A stretch of DNA of 64,000 bases, from contig CAYNSO010000003.1 of assembly GCA_964399735.1 (NCBI GenBank), forward strand, positions 51,970 through 115,969. Direction: 5' to 3'. This document shows, in pieces, positions 29,414-39,322 of this stretch (its first letter is position 1; every line of letters starts with the position of its first letter). Both the position numbers and the translations under genes were made by a program. The notes beneath the pieces are model-generated. The model searched no databases and had not been told where the DNA came from. It was given only the letters and a program-made list of their open reading frames with translations. The DNA comes from an uncultured Cytophagia bacterium. GTDB lineage: Bacteria > Zhuqueibacterota > Zhuqueibacteria > Residuimicrobiales > Krinioviventaceae.

Positions 29414-31732
29414 CTAATAATGATAATAACTATATGTATTATTCAAGATGGCCGTTTCCGAACCGTTCAATATTACACCAATAAGATTTACATTTACATT
29501 GCTAAACAACTCTAATTTTTCCTGGGCAATCTTTCTATCCGTTTGCCCGGCTTTAACAACCACGGCAACGGCATCCATCTGAGTACCAATTACCACACAA
29601 TCAGTCGCCGCTTCAAGGGGGGGAGCATCGAAGAGGATAAAATCAAATTTTCGGCGCGCTTCATCAAGAAAATGACGCATTTGCTGCGAGCCCAATAATT
29701 CCGAAGGATTGGGGATCATCGATCCGCAGCTGATAATCGACAAATTGGGAATATGAGTCTGCTGTACCACACTGGACAATGTTACCCGGTTATTTAAATA
29801 ATTTGTAAAACCCGGCTCCTTTTTCATCCCAAAAGTGTTATGCAACACACCGCGGCGTAAATCGGCATCGACCAGCAGGGTATTGGTTCGCTGTTGAGCA
29901 AGAATAATAGCCAGGTTGCTGGCGGTAAACGATTTGCCCTCTTCCGGGCTGATACTGGTAAGCAGCAACGTGTGAATTCGCCCGGTATTTTTTGAAAACA
30001 TTAAATGAGTGCGCAAAGCGCGGTACGATTCCCCTATGGGTGTGGGTGAATAATCATGTGTGACCAATTGTCGGTCTATTTGCTTGGCTTTTTCAAAATC
30101 CTGATATTCTTTGATATTGCCAAATTTTACTATTGGTATTGCGCCCAAAACCGGCAAATTCAAAAGTCTTTCAACATCGTTAAATGACCGGATCTTGTTA
30201 TCAGAAATTTCCAAAAGCAGGGCAATAACAACACCTAAAATTAAACCCAAACCTCCGCCCAGTAAAACCCGCGACATTTTGCTGGGGTTAATTGGCGAAG
30301 TTGGTGTTATGGCCCGATCAAGAATAGCAATTTCATTTTCTTCAACTACATCGGCCAGTTCCATTTTTTGCATTTCCTGCAGTAACAGAAAATACTTGTC
30401 CTCGGCAATTTTCTTCTTCCGTTCCAGTTCCATAAAGCGATACTGATCCTGTGGCAGTAAATTTAGCTGTGTTTGAATACCAGATAAATCCGTGCGATAT
30501 TCCGATTCGCGTCTTGCCAGGGTATTACGAAAACTGGAAGCAAAATTGGTGATCTCTTTGTGAGTTGTGCGAATATTATTCATTACCTCCAACAATTCCG
30601 GATGATCGGGCGAGAATTGTTGATAGAGCATGTCGTATTGCTTGTTCAAAGCCTGCAATTGCTGCTTGAGGATTGCCATTTTAGTTTCATTAACAAACAT
30701 CGGGTTATTGGCAATTTCTGTAACAATAAAACTGCGGTATTGATCGGGGTCAGGCTCGGAATCGGCTTTATCCAGCCGATCCAGGTATTCGGTCAGTTGA
30801 TTCCTTTGCCGCGGTAAATCCCGAAGCGCTTTATCATAATCGGTAAGCCGATCCAGCAATCTTTTCTTTTCGCCGTCCAGACTAAGCGGATAGCGTGAAT
30901 AAAAACTACGCAGTTCAGCCTCAACAGCGTTCACTTTAACTTCTGCAGTTTTTAATTGTTTGGAAATAATATCCCTTTTTAAATCTACATCTCGGGTTTT
31001 TAAATTCATACTTTGGTCGACATATACTTCGGCAATTCGGTTCAACTTTTTCGGCAAGAGTTCAGGGTCGGTACCGTTCATTTGCAGGATCATATACGAA
31101 CCGCCGCCAAAGAAATCTACACTCAAATCTCTGGATATAGCGTCTGCGGCTTTATCAATTGATACAACTTTGAATTTGATCTCTTTGGGAAACTCGACAG
31201 CGTGGGGTTGTAGTTGGAAAGTAATGCCATTCCCGCTGCGTTCGCTGGCAACTGCGTCCCATACATTGGCGCTATCGAGCACTGTTCCACCGGTGCTATC
31301 CATAAAAACAAAATAATAATTTCCGGCTTCGTCAATTGAAACTTTGTATTTACCAATAACCGGGCTTTCGCTGGTATAATAGCTAAAAAATATTTCATCA
31401 GCGCTTTTCATTGTGGTATCCTGAAGCACAATTGCCAGCCCTAACTGGGCAGTAACCCGGTTAATAAATGTGCGGCTGCGAATTTCACCCTTGCGCTCAT
31501 TGTTCCAGAATTGGCCGGCGTCCTGATCGATCGATCTTATTTTCAAATTTACATAAGCCCGGTAAATGGGCACCTGGTTTCTGGCTTTTAAATAAAAAGG
31601 CACTGCTACCAATATCATACATACCAGTATCAGATATTTTCTTTTCCAAATGCCTTTAATATACTTTTGGAAATCAATTTGAGAAACATTTGCTGGTTCT
31701 GCAGGTATATGTAGATTGTCTAATTCTTCCAT
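29414..31732 (-). CDS. Polysaccharide co-polymerase / tyrosine autokinase (Wzc / BY-kinase-like)
   Basis: 772 aa. N-terminal TM, long coiled-coil periplasmic region, second TM, cytoplasmic P-loop ATPase (Walker A SPEEGKSFTASNLA), and a C-terminal tyrosine cluster (NNTYSYYHY). Confidence 0.8.
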   Translation of the reverse strand: MEELDNLHIPAEPANVSQIDFQKYIKGIWKRKYLILVCMILVAVPFYLKARNQVPIYRAYVNLKIRSIDQDAGQFWNNERKGEIRSRTFINRVTAQLGLAIVLQDTTMKSADEIFFSYYTSESPVIGKYKVSIDEAGNYYFVFMDSTGGTVLDSANVWDAVASERSGNGITFQLQPHAVEFPKEIKFKVVSIDKAADAISRDLSVDFFGGGSYMILQMNGTDPELLPKKLNRIAEVYVDQSMNLKTRDVDLKRDIISKQLKTAEVKVNAVEAELRSFYSRYPLSLDGEKKRLLDRLTDYDKALRDLPRQRNQLTEYLDRLDKADSEPDPDQYRSFIVTEIANNPMFVNETKMAILKQQLQALNKQYDMLYQQFSPDHPELLEVMNNIRTTHKEITNFASSFRNTLARRESEYRTDLSGIQTQLNLLPQDQYRFMELERKKKIAEDKYFLLLQEMQKMELADVVEENEIAILDRAITPTSPINPSKMSRVLLGGGLGLILGVVIALLLEISDNKIRSFNDVERLLNLPVLGAIPIVKFGNIKEYQDFEKAKQIDRQLVTHDYSPTPIGESYRALRTHLMFSKNTGRIHTLLLTSISPEEGKSFTASNLAIILAQQRTNTLLVDADLRRGVLHNTFGMKKEPGFTNYLNNRVTLSSVVQQTHIPNLSIISCGSMIPNPSELLGSQQMRHFLDEARRKFDFILFDAPPLEAATDCVVIGTQMDAVAVVVKAGQTDRKIAQEKLELFSNVNVNLIGVILNGSETAILNNTYSYYHY

Positions 31733-31749
31733 AATTTTCTTTTTTCACA

Positions 31750-32463
31750 TTATTGTTTCAACAGTGTTAAATATAAAATGATTAACGACATTCCAAACTG
31801 GAAATATCGCATCATACTTCTAAAAGTTGGCCGATTGGCACGCGGCACCACCAGTTCATCGCCTGATACAAAACCTAATTCATAAAGTGAAGTGCCCTGC
31901 TGAATTGCCTCAATAAAATCTTTATAAATAATTTCATCTTTGCGCATAATAAACATATCATTCAAAGCCGAAAGTGCATCCAATCCACCGACCAGCCCGC
32001 CGGCCTCTCTGATCATATCCCAAAAAGACATATCCAGACTTACTCGATACATTCCAGGTTGACCAAAATCACCACGCAGCGTGATACGAATTAATGGCTT
32101 GACAATGACCATAGGTTCACGGGCATAGGGTTTAAACTGTTCTGTTAATAATAACCGGACTTCTTCTGTAGTCATTCCGGCAACATGGATACTTCCCAAA
32201 GTTAAAAGATCAACCTGCCCGAAGCCGTTGATTGTAAATGCTTTGTCATGGAAATTTGCTACAAACTTTCCTTCAACCGGTGCAAAGCCACCATCATAGA
32301 CATATAAATGAATAGCATCACCGGGACCAACAATTATTTCACCCAGCCGGTCATCCTGGGAATAAACGCTGCCAGATAATAAAAGATGCAGCAATAATAG
32401 TAATATTCCAGCAATTGACAGTTGCTTCACGATAAACCTCTTGTTTAACCTGTTCTTTTCCAA
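31750..32463 (-). CDS. Polysaccharide export protein (Wza-like, Poly_export/SLBB)
   Basis: 237 aa. Signal peptide and IIVGPGDAIHLYVYDG, resembling the PGDxLxIxV motif of Wza-family exporters. Shorter than E. coli Wza. Confidence 0.6.
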   Translation of the reverse strand: MEKNRLNKRFIVKQLSIAGILLLLLHLLLSGSVYSQDDRLGEIIVGPGDAIHLYVYDGGFAPVEGKFVANFHDKAFTINGFGQVDLLTLGSIHVAGMTTEEVRLLLTEQFKPYAREPMVIVKPLIRITLRGDFGQPGMYRVSLDMSFWDMIREAGGLVGGLDALSALNDMFIMRKDEIIYKDFIEAIQQGTSLYELGFVSGDELVVPRANRPTFRSMMRYFQFGMSLIILYLTLLKQ

Positions 32464-32478
32464 ACTTTTTTCCTGCCC

Positions 32479-33201
32479 TTAGCGTGAACGGTAAAAGCGA
32501 TACCGCTTGGCTTTGGTTTCCATATTCATTTTCTTTAATGTTGCTCTGAGCTTGAAATAGCCGATTCTGGTAAAACCAAACCGCTGCGATTTCAACTCTT
32601 TGCGAATATTCATAACTCCCCCCATAGGATTTTCGATAACTATTTTTTTAATTTTTTCAGTAACAGGTAAATCAGCTTCTTCAACAGTCAGTTTTCGTTT
32701 GGCAAACGAGGCGGACTTGGCCGCAGCGCCTTTATCTTGACGGCGCGCTGCTATTGCGTCAATTTCGTCTTGTCCGGGCGCTAAATCGCTTTCCTGTATT
32801 TCCAATAATGATCCGTTTTGGGGGGTTGTAAATTTTAAACCACGGCAATAATCAAAATCGTCTATTGCTTCTTCCAGGGAATCATAGCTGGTAAGAATGC
32901 GGTTAAATTCAAGCATTTCAAACACTTCGTACACATCAGGGGTCATTTGGGTAATTTTTAAATCACCACCTTTTTCACGCAGACCACGAATTTCACCCAC
33001 AAAGATACCCCAGCCCGCGCTGCTGACATAATGCACGCCACCCAGATCTATGATAAACTGGTTGTTTCCCTGATTGATTTGCTCTGCAATTGTTTTTTGC
33101 AAATCAGATGAAGTTGTTGTGTCAATATAGCCGCTCACACGTAATAAAATAATATCTTTTAACGCGCCTATTTTATATATACTTTTTTCAATACCTTCCA
33201 T
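32479..33201 (-). CDS. STAS-domain (anti-sigma-factor-antagonist-like) protein with a basic C-terminal extension
   Basis: 240 aa. The N-terminal roughly 115 aa form a SpoIIAA-like STAS fold with the conserved Ser region (GGVHYVSSAGWGIF). The C-terminal roughly 120 aa are charged and Lys/Arg-rich with no recognised domain. Confidence 0.6.
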   Translation of the reverse strand: MEGIEKSIYKIGALKDIILLRVSGYIDTTTSSDLQKTIAEQINQGNNQFIIDLGGVHYVSSAGWGIFVGEIRGLREKGGDLKITQMTPDVYEVFEMLEFNRILTSYDSLEEAIDDFDYCRGLKFTTPQNGSLLEIQESDLAPGQDEIDAIAARRQDKGAAAKSASFAKRKLTVEEADLPVTEKIKKIVIENPMGGVMNIRKELKSQRFGFTRIGYFKLRATLKKMNMETKAKRYRFYRSR

Positions 33202-33262
33202 GCCCTGCCCAAGTACGAATTTATTCCATATAGATTGTACGTAATTAATTTATTAAAAAAAG

Positions 33263-33280
33263 GCAAAGTTAATGCCAACA
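33263..33280 (-). promoter_or_regulatory. Candidate sigma-54 (-24/-12) promoter upstream of the STAS-wza-wzc operon
   Basis: The minus strand reads TTGGCATTAACTTTGCC. This has correctly spaced GG (-25/-24) and GC (-13/-12) elements (TGGCAT-N5-TTGCC versus consensus TGGCAC-N5-TTGCW). It sits about 60-80 nt upstream of the STAS start codon. A sigma-54 activator is encoded at the window end. Confidence 0.35.
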
Positions 33281-33520
33281 ATAAACCTGGTAATAACTAA
33301 TTTATAATAAATATCAATCATATTTTAACTGCATTGTTTATTTTTATTACACTTAAAGAACCTGTTTTGCCGGCTGTTTTTGCCTGTTTTGCCCAAAACC
33401 AAAAAGGGCACAAAAATGCCGTTCTTTTATCTGATATTGTTATAATGCGAAACATTTGTGACTCATACCAAAACAATATCAGTATGACAATAAACTTGCA
33501 TCAAGAACGGCATGGAAATA

Positions 33521-35047
33521 CTATTTATGTTTTTTATTATTTACCAGCGATAAATACGTTTTTACATACTTTTCTGCAGCAACGGACCAGGAATAATCGG
33601 CACGCATTCCCCGCTTTATCAGTTTTTGCCAGTTCTTTTGATCGCCATAAGCAGCAACCGCGCGTTTAATGGCATCAACCAAATCTTTTTTATTATAGGG
33701 CTCAAAAGTAAAGCCATTGCCATTTTCAGGGTCCTGGTCAAAATCAATTACTGTATCTTTCAACCCCCCGGTACTGCGGACAATAGGTACAGTACCATAT
33801 TTCAAGCTGTATAACTGATTCAGACCACAAGGCTCATACCGGGATGGCATTAAAAACATATCACTGCCAGCTTCAATCAAATGCGCCAAATCATTGTCAA
33901 AACGTAAAAAGAGCGCTACATTTTTGGGATAGGTTTTACAGATTTTTTGCAAAGCCTCGTGATATGCAGGTTCGCCAAGACCCAAAATAACCAACCGCAC
34001 ATCTTGTGCAATTATATCTTTGATAGCAGCCTGGATCAAATCGAACCCCTTTTGGCCGGCTAAACGCGATACCATACCAATTAGTGGTTTATTGTCATCT
34101 GTCGGAAAATTACATTTTTCCAGCAATTCTTTTTTGTTAAGAGCTTTACCTTCCGGCTTATTACAGGAATACTTTTCAGCAATCAACGAATCGGTTTCCG
34201 GATTCCATTCCGAATAATCGGCGCCATTAAGAATACCTTCAAAATCTTGATTACGCGATTGTAAATACTCGGTCATACCCGCGCCAGTTTCTGAATTGGT
34301 GAGCACTTCATTGGCATACGCCTGGCTAACGGTTACAATCTTGTCGGCAGTTTGAATTCCGGCTTTTAAAAAGTTTATATTTTTGTGGTGCAGTAAATCA
34401 TTTACACCATCCTTATTCTTTTGTTCAATTCCCAGCAATTCAAGATTATCGTTGGAAAAATTGCCCTGATAAGCCATATTGTGAATCGATAAAACCGTTG
34501 CACAATTGGCATAAAAAGCGTCTTTATTAAATTCATGTTTCAAATACCAGGGCACAAGACCGGTTTGCCAGTCGTTGCAATGGATGATTTGTGGTTCCCA
34601 ATGCAGTAATTTTATCGTTTCCAGGGCTGCCTTGCAAAACAATCCAAATCTTTCCGCATTATCAGGCAAGTCCTTTCCGGTCTCCGAATCGACATACAAA
34701 TCGTTGCCACCAAAAAAAGGTTTGTATTCCAGAAAATAAATTTGCACTTTGGAATCGGGTATAAAAGCCGATTTGGCGCATGCGATATGATCATTTTCCC
34801 CCATTTTAATTTTAACCCTTTTTAACCGTATAACTTCACGTAACACATACTTGCGATCATTAATACATCCATATTTGGGCATTATCACTCGTATATCATG
34901 CCCCATATCATAAAGCGCTTTTGGCAGGGCGCTGGAAACATCTGCCAAACCGCCTGTCTTGGCAAAAGGAGTTACTTCGGATGATAAGAATAAAATTCGT
35001 AGCCTGGTTTTCATAGCATTACCTTTTTTCTTTTGACGATGGGGCAA
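33521..35047 (-). CDS. glgA: Glycogen synthase (GT5, ADP-glucose type)
   Basis: 508 aa. Canonical start MKTRLRILFLSSEVTPFAKTGGLADVSSALPKAL and conserved KTGGL motif. Confidence 0.85.
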   Translation of the reverse strand: MPHRQKKKGNAMKTRLRILFLSSEVTPFAKTGGLADVSSALPKALYDMGHDIRVIMPKYGCINDRKYVLREVIRLKRVKIKMGENDHIACAKSAFIPDSKVQIYFLEYKPFFGGNDLYVDSETGKDLPDNAERFGLFCKAALETIKLLHWEPQIIHCNDWQTGLVPWYLKHEFNKDAFYANCATVLSIHNMAYQGNFSNDNLELLGIEQKNKDGVNDLLHHKNINFLKAGIQTADKIVTVSQAYANEVLTNSETGAGMTEYLQSRNQDFEGILNGADYSEWNPETDSLIAEKYSCNKPEGKALNKKELLEKCNFPTDDNKPLIGMVSRLAGQKGFDLIQAAIKDIIAQDVRLVILGLGEPAYHEALQKICKTYPKNVALFLRFDNDLAHLIEAGSDMFLMPSRYEPCGLNQLYSLKYGTVPIVRSTGGLKDTVIDFDQDPENGNGFTFEPYNKKDLVDAIKRAVAAYGDQKNWQKLIKRGMRADYSWSVAAEKYVKTYLSLVNNKKHK

Positions 35048-35181
35048 ATGAATCTATTAGAAGAAGAATTTCAATTAATTCCATCAACACAGACCCTATA
35101 ATTTAACAAAATTTTAATCAAAATCAATAAAAAAGGGTAACGTGTGTTACCCTTTGAAAAAACAAAGTCGGGGTTTCCTGA

Positions 35182-35973
35182 TTATAACCGGGACAAATAA
35201 GTTTGCGCCCTGGAAATATATTCGCTATCGGGATAGTTGGAAATTAATTTTTCAAATTCACTTTTAGCCCGGTCTTTATTTCCAAGACGTAAATAGCATA
35301 GACCAATTTTAAGTTGCGCCGAATCTAATTTATTGGATCCGCTGTAAGTAAATACCTTTTGAAATTCAAGGATTGCCTGATTAAAATCAGCCAGGGCATA
35401 ATAACATTCCCCTTTCCAGTACTGACAATTATCTATCAGCGAGTTGGAGACATTTTGGGCTAGCAAATTATCGAAACTTTGAATGGCTTGGCGATAACTG
35501 CGATTCCGGTATAAATTCAAAGCGGCTTCATAACGTCCCTTGAAGGTGTTGTCTGTAGCAACAGCGCCGGTCGGCGCTTCTGTTGTCATCTGATTTTGCA
35601 ATTCCTGAATACGCCGGTCGCGTTCCGCTACCTGGTTTTTTAAATTTGCCAGTTCTTCTTCCTTGCGTTTCGCTTCCGCTTCCAGTTGATCAACCGGAAC
35701 ATTTGTATTCCCGGAATCAGAAAATTCTGTCTGCGGTATAGTTTGAGTATTTTCCTCGGTAATTCCTAATAAACGCAACACTTCTTCTTCATCAGAAGAC
35801 GCGTCCAGATCGCTAAGAAGTTGACTATCCAAATCATCAAGGTTATCTTCTTCAAACAAGCTGTCATCATAACCCTGACCGCCGGCGCCGGTACTGGCAC
35901 AGGAACCTAAATATAAAACAGATATAATGCTTAACAGCATAATAATCAAGGGCATATATTTTTTTGTGCTCAT
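35182..35973 (-). CDS. TPR-repeat lipoprotein with N-terminal coiled coil (YbgF/CpoB-like)
   Basis: 263 aa. Lipobox LYLGSC, acidic low-complexity region, coiled coil (EELANLKNQVAERDRRIQELQN), then TPR repeats. Start overlaps the stop of the upstream gene. Confidence 0.5.
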   Translation of the reverse strand: MSTKKYMPLIIMLLSIISVLYLGSCASTGAGGQGYDDSLFEEDNLDDLDSQLLSDLDASSDEEEVLRLLGITEENTQTIPQTEFSDSGNTNVPVDQLEAEAKRKEEELANLKNQVAERDRRIQELQNQMTTEAPTGAVATDNTFKGRYEAALNLYRNRSYRQAIQSFDNLLAQNVSNSLIDNCQYWKGECYYALADFNQAILEFQKVFTYSGSNKLDSAQLKIGLCYLRLGNKDRAKSEFEKLISNYPDSEYISRAQTYLSRL

Positions 35974-37136
35974 TGTTCACTCCTGCTTTGTTTTCTTTGT
36001 AGCAAAAAGCTAGCTGTTCCCCAGCCTAATGCGGTTATTGCTCTGGTAGCAGTCCGCCAAATCGGGGCATTTTTAATTATGGTTACTTGAATGGGTCTTT
36101 TCGGTAAACCGGAATAACCGATACCGGATAAATCATCTGTTATTGCAACAATAAAATATTCCAGGCCGGAGGCATCAACCTGGCTCTTGTCCAGAACAGC
36201 GCGATAATCTGTTCCCTGGACGGTTTCCATTTTTAAAACATTCCAGTTTTTTGTACCAACAGTCCGATACAAAACAGCAACTACACGTAGAGGAATTGTG
36301 GAAAACACCTGTGCTTTATATTTAATACTATTGCCAGATTCTGCCTCAAAAATCGGAACATGTTTAACCAGGGGCTTTTTATAATCAAAATCTACCGGCA
36401 CCCCTCCTTCGGGCATTCCATCATGATCCATGTAACCATTGAGGTCTTCGGGCTGCATTGGATCAATATCCAGTTTCAGGGGGATATAATCTCGATCCAA
36501 ATCTTTTTTATTTTCGACCGGTAAAAAATAATTAACGCCTATTGAAGCAGTGAGAACACCATCATTTTCATCACCGCTTTTTATTTGATCCAGGCGGTCG
36601 GTAAAGGTATATTTGTAATCCATTTCAAAGAGCAAACTGAATTTTTCTTCAATTTTAAACTGCAAACCGCCGCCAAATTTAATAAATGAATTGAGGCGCT
36701 TGGCGTTTTTGCCATGTATAACCAACAATTCTTTATCAAAAGTTGTTTGATACCATAATCCACCGACGCCGATCAGTGAATAGGGATTGATGCGCTTTAA
36801 AGGCATCAGGTTCATTCGCATGGATAAATCAAAGGGAATGATACTGGTTTTTAATTTCTCCGCTTGTTTAAAATCACTGTTTATTCGTTCCGCATCACGA
36901 TTGGTGCGCAGGGTGCTAAACCCCACTTCACTGCCAAAAAGCAGATAGGGATTTGGACTATAACCAACAAACAAGACAATATGGGGTGACAATACCGGCC
37001 CGTTCCAGTCGCCCTCAAGCCTTGCCGCACCCAGCTTAAATCCGGCGCCAAAACGTGGTTCATAAGCGTAGACGTTGGAATAACTGTTACAACAAAATAA
37101 AATGAAAACTGTTACTATCAGGAATTTTTTTATCAA
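35970..37136 (-). CDS. Outer-membrane beta-barrel-domain protein
   Basis: 388 aa. Signal peptide and an N-terminal region with alternating hydrophobic pattern ending in aromatic residues, typical of OMP barrels. The C-terminal domain is unassigned. Confidence 0.4.
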   Translation of the reverse strand: MIKKFLIVTVFILFCCNSYSNVYAYEPRFGAGFKLGAARLEGDWNGPVLSPHIVLFVGYSPNPYLLFGSEVGFSTLRTNRDAERINSDFKQAEKLKTSIIPFDLSMRMNLMPLKRINPYSLIGVGGLWYQTTFDKELLVIHGKNAKRLNSFIKFGGGLQFKIEEKFSLLFEMDYKYTFTDRLDQIKSGDENDGVLTASIGVNYFLPVENKKDLDRDYIPLKLDIDPMQPEDLNGYMDHDGMPEGGVPVDFDYKKPLVKHVPIFEAESGNSIKYKAQVFSTIPLRVVAVLYRTVGTKNWNVLKMETVQGTDYRAVLDKSQVDASGLEYFIVAITDDLSGIGYSGLPKRPIQVTIIKNAPIWRTATRAITALGWGTASFLLQRKQSRSEQ

Positions 37137-37238
37137 TTGATAATAATCTCTAGCAAGTTATCTTGTTATTTCATTAAATTTATTAAAGTTATATTAAAAA
37201 GTCAAGAAATTTCTATCTGCTCCAAATAGAACATAATT

Positions 37239-38054
37239 TTAGTCTTTTCCGCCATTTTTTGAATAACCAATTATTAACAACACAATTCCAAACAATACAA
37301 ACACCAGGCTGATTCCCTGATTCAAGCTGATTCCTTTATCGCCTATCATAAAAATAATCATGCTGGACTCGTAATAACGGAAAAAATCTATAGTAAAACG
37401 GGCAATTCCATACAAAATTAAAAAGAGATACAATAAAAAGCCATCAAATTTTTTCCACCTTTCTGCATATAACAAAATTCCCAATATGATTAATCCATAG
37501 AGAGAGGAATATAACTGGGCCGGAATAAGCGGGGTATTTGGAAAGGTAAATCCGGCGGCGCTGTTGGACGGAAAAACAAAGCAAAAATGATCATGCGCTT
37601 GACAAGGCAAACCAAAACAGCAGCCATTTAAAAAACATCCGATGCGGGTCAAAAAGATACCCAAGCCTACGCTGGGGATAACAACATCGGCAATTTTTAA
37701 AAAAGAGAGCTTTTTAACTTTTAAAAAGACTAATGCAGAAATAAAGCAGAGAATGACTCCACCAAGCAGGGTCAAGCCTCCCATGCCAATTGTGCCGTCG
37801 CTCTGGAATGGGCTAATTGCATCAATCCAGTGGCCACGGAATTCTTCCGGATGATAGATAACGTATAAAAAACGCGATCCAACAATTGCGCTAATGATCA
37901 ATATGACCGATAGATCCATGATTAGATTGGGATCAACATTTACTTTTTTCGCCCGATGCAAAGCGAATAGAATACCTAAAAGAAAAGAAATAGCAAGCAT
38001 AACACCATACGCGCGAATTTCAAAAGCGCCGAGTTTTAATAATACAGGGTGCAA
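37239..38054 (-). CDS. lgt: Prolipoprotein diacylglyceryl transferase
   Basis: 271 aa. Typical Lgt N-terminus (MHPVLLKLGAFEIRAYGVMLAISFLLG) and multi-TM organisation. Confidence 0.8.
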   Translation of the reverse strand: MHPVLLKLGAFEIRAYGVMLAISFLLGILFALHRAKKVNVDPNLIMDLSVILIISAIVGSRFLYVIYHPEEFRGHWIDAISPFQSDGTIGMGGLTLLGGVILCFISALVFLKVKKLSFLKIADVVIPSVGLGIFLTRIGCFLNGCCFGLPCQAHDHFCFVFPSNSAAGFTFPNTPLIPAQLYSSLYGLIILGILLYAERWKKFDGFLLYLFLILYGIARFTIDFFRYYESSMIIFMIGDKGISLNQGISLVFVLFGIVLLIIGYSKNGGKD

Positions 38055-38073
38055 TTTTTCCTCCTGTTCGTCT

Positions 38074-39294
38074 TTATTTATAACGTTGTAACGATGTATT
38101 TAAAATCAAGCCAATCATAACCATGTTGGTCAACAGCGATGACCCGCCGTAACTGATAAACGGCAGCGGCATCCCTGTAACCGGCATTATTCCCATGGTC
38201 ATGCCGATATTGACAATAACCTGAAACGCTAAAATAACAACAAAACCTGTTGTCATCAAACCTGAAAAATCACTTTTTGCATGATATGCAATGGACAGAC
38301 TATGCAACAGTAAAACGAGAAAAGTCACCAGTACAACCAATGCACCCAGCAAGCCCCATTCTTCTGCCAGTACTGAAAAAATAAAATCGGTATGCTGGGC
38401 TGGTAAAAAGCGAAGCTGGGTTTGAGAGCCTTGTAAAAATCCTTTGCCAATAATACCACCTGAGCCAATGGCCACTTTGGATTGAATGATCTGATACCCG
38501 GCTCCCTGCGGATCCGAAACCAGGCCAAGAAAACTGAGCACACGCTGTTTTTGGTAATCGTGCAAATGATTCCAGAAATGTGGAGCGACGATACCGACAA
38601 TAATATTAACCAGAAATACCGCCCAAAACACGAGCGCTCGTTGACGGCTCAGGATTAATATAGCACAAATTATTAACATTATGAAAGAAAAAGTCCAAAA
38701 ATTAAAAGATGCTATAAATGTTAAAACCGGCAATAAAATGAACATTATAACAGTTAGACGCAAACCCTTCCAGTAAAGCATGGGAATGAGGATAATGATA
38801 AATGTTAATGATGTTCCCAGATCCGGTTGCTTTAAAACAAGAATAAAAGGCGCCAGCACAAGCGCAAAAGCCGCCAAAAGATAACGCAAGCGACGGGGAG
38901 AATAGTTACGCGAACTCAATAGAGCAGCCAGCGTAATAACAAGAATTGGTTTGAAAAATTCAGAGGGCTGTAACTGGATACTGCCCAGATTGATCCAACG
39001 ACTGGGTTGACCGGTATTTGGTATGATTAATAATAGAATTAAAAAACACAAACAAACAAAATACAATCCAAAAGCTGAAATACGCACCCAATCGAGCGGA
39101 ATTTTTGCAGCAACAAGCAGAAAAACAAAGCCAATAATGATCCAGATCAATTGCCGGAGGAAATAGCCCTTCCAGGCGCCATCCTCGCCGGTCCAGGTAG
39201 CGCTGTATATGGCTATTAGCCCATAAAGGCATAATAGCAACACAGTAATAATAATGACCCGGTCGGTTTTAATTTTATTGAGCGTATTTAGCAT
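38074..39294 (-). CDS. rodA: Rod-shape-determining protein RodA (FtsW/RodA/SpoVE SEDS family)
   Basis: 406 aa multi-TM SEDS protein immediately downstream of mrdA-mreD-mreC. Confidence 0.8.
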   Translation of the reverse strand: MLNTLNKIKTDRVIIITVLLLCLYGLIAIYSATWTGEDGAWKGYFLRQLIWIIIGFVFLLVAAKIPLDWVRISAFGLYFVCLCFLILLLIIPNTGQPSRWINLGSIQLQPSEFFKPILVITLAALLSSRNYSPRRLRYLLAAFALVLAPFILVLKQPDLGTSLTFIIILIPMLYWKGLRLTVIMFILLPVLTFIASFNFWTFSFIMLIICAILILSRQRALVFWAVFLVNIIVGIVAPHFWNHLHDYQKQRVLSFLGLVSDPQGAGYQIIQSKVAIGSGGIIGKGFLQGSQTQLRFLPAQHTDFIFSVLAEEWGLLGALVVLVTFLVLLLHSLSIAYHAKSDFSGLMTTGFVVILAFQVIVNIGMTMGIMPVTGMPLPFISYGGSSLLTNMVMIGLILNTSLQRYK

Positions 39295-39322
39295 TTTTCA
39301 TTCAAAAATATTTTTATAAAAT

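Noticed and set aside
33403-33418. GGGCACaaaaaTGCC, a sigma-54-like motif on the plus strand
   Set aside because: GG/GC spacing is off by one relative to the -24/-12 consensus, and it points into the antisense of glgA. The minus-strand site at 33263-33280 is the better candidate.
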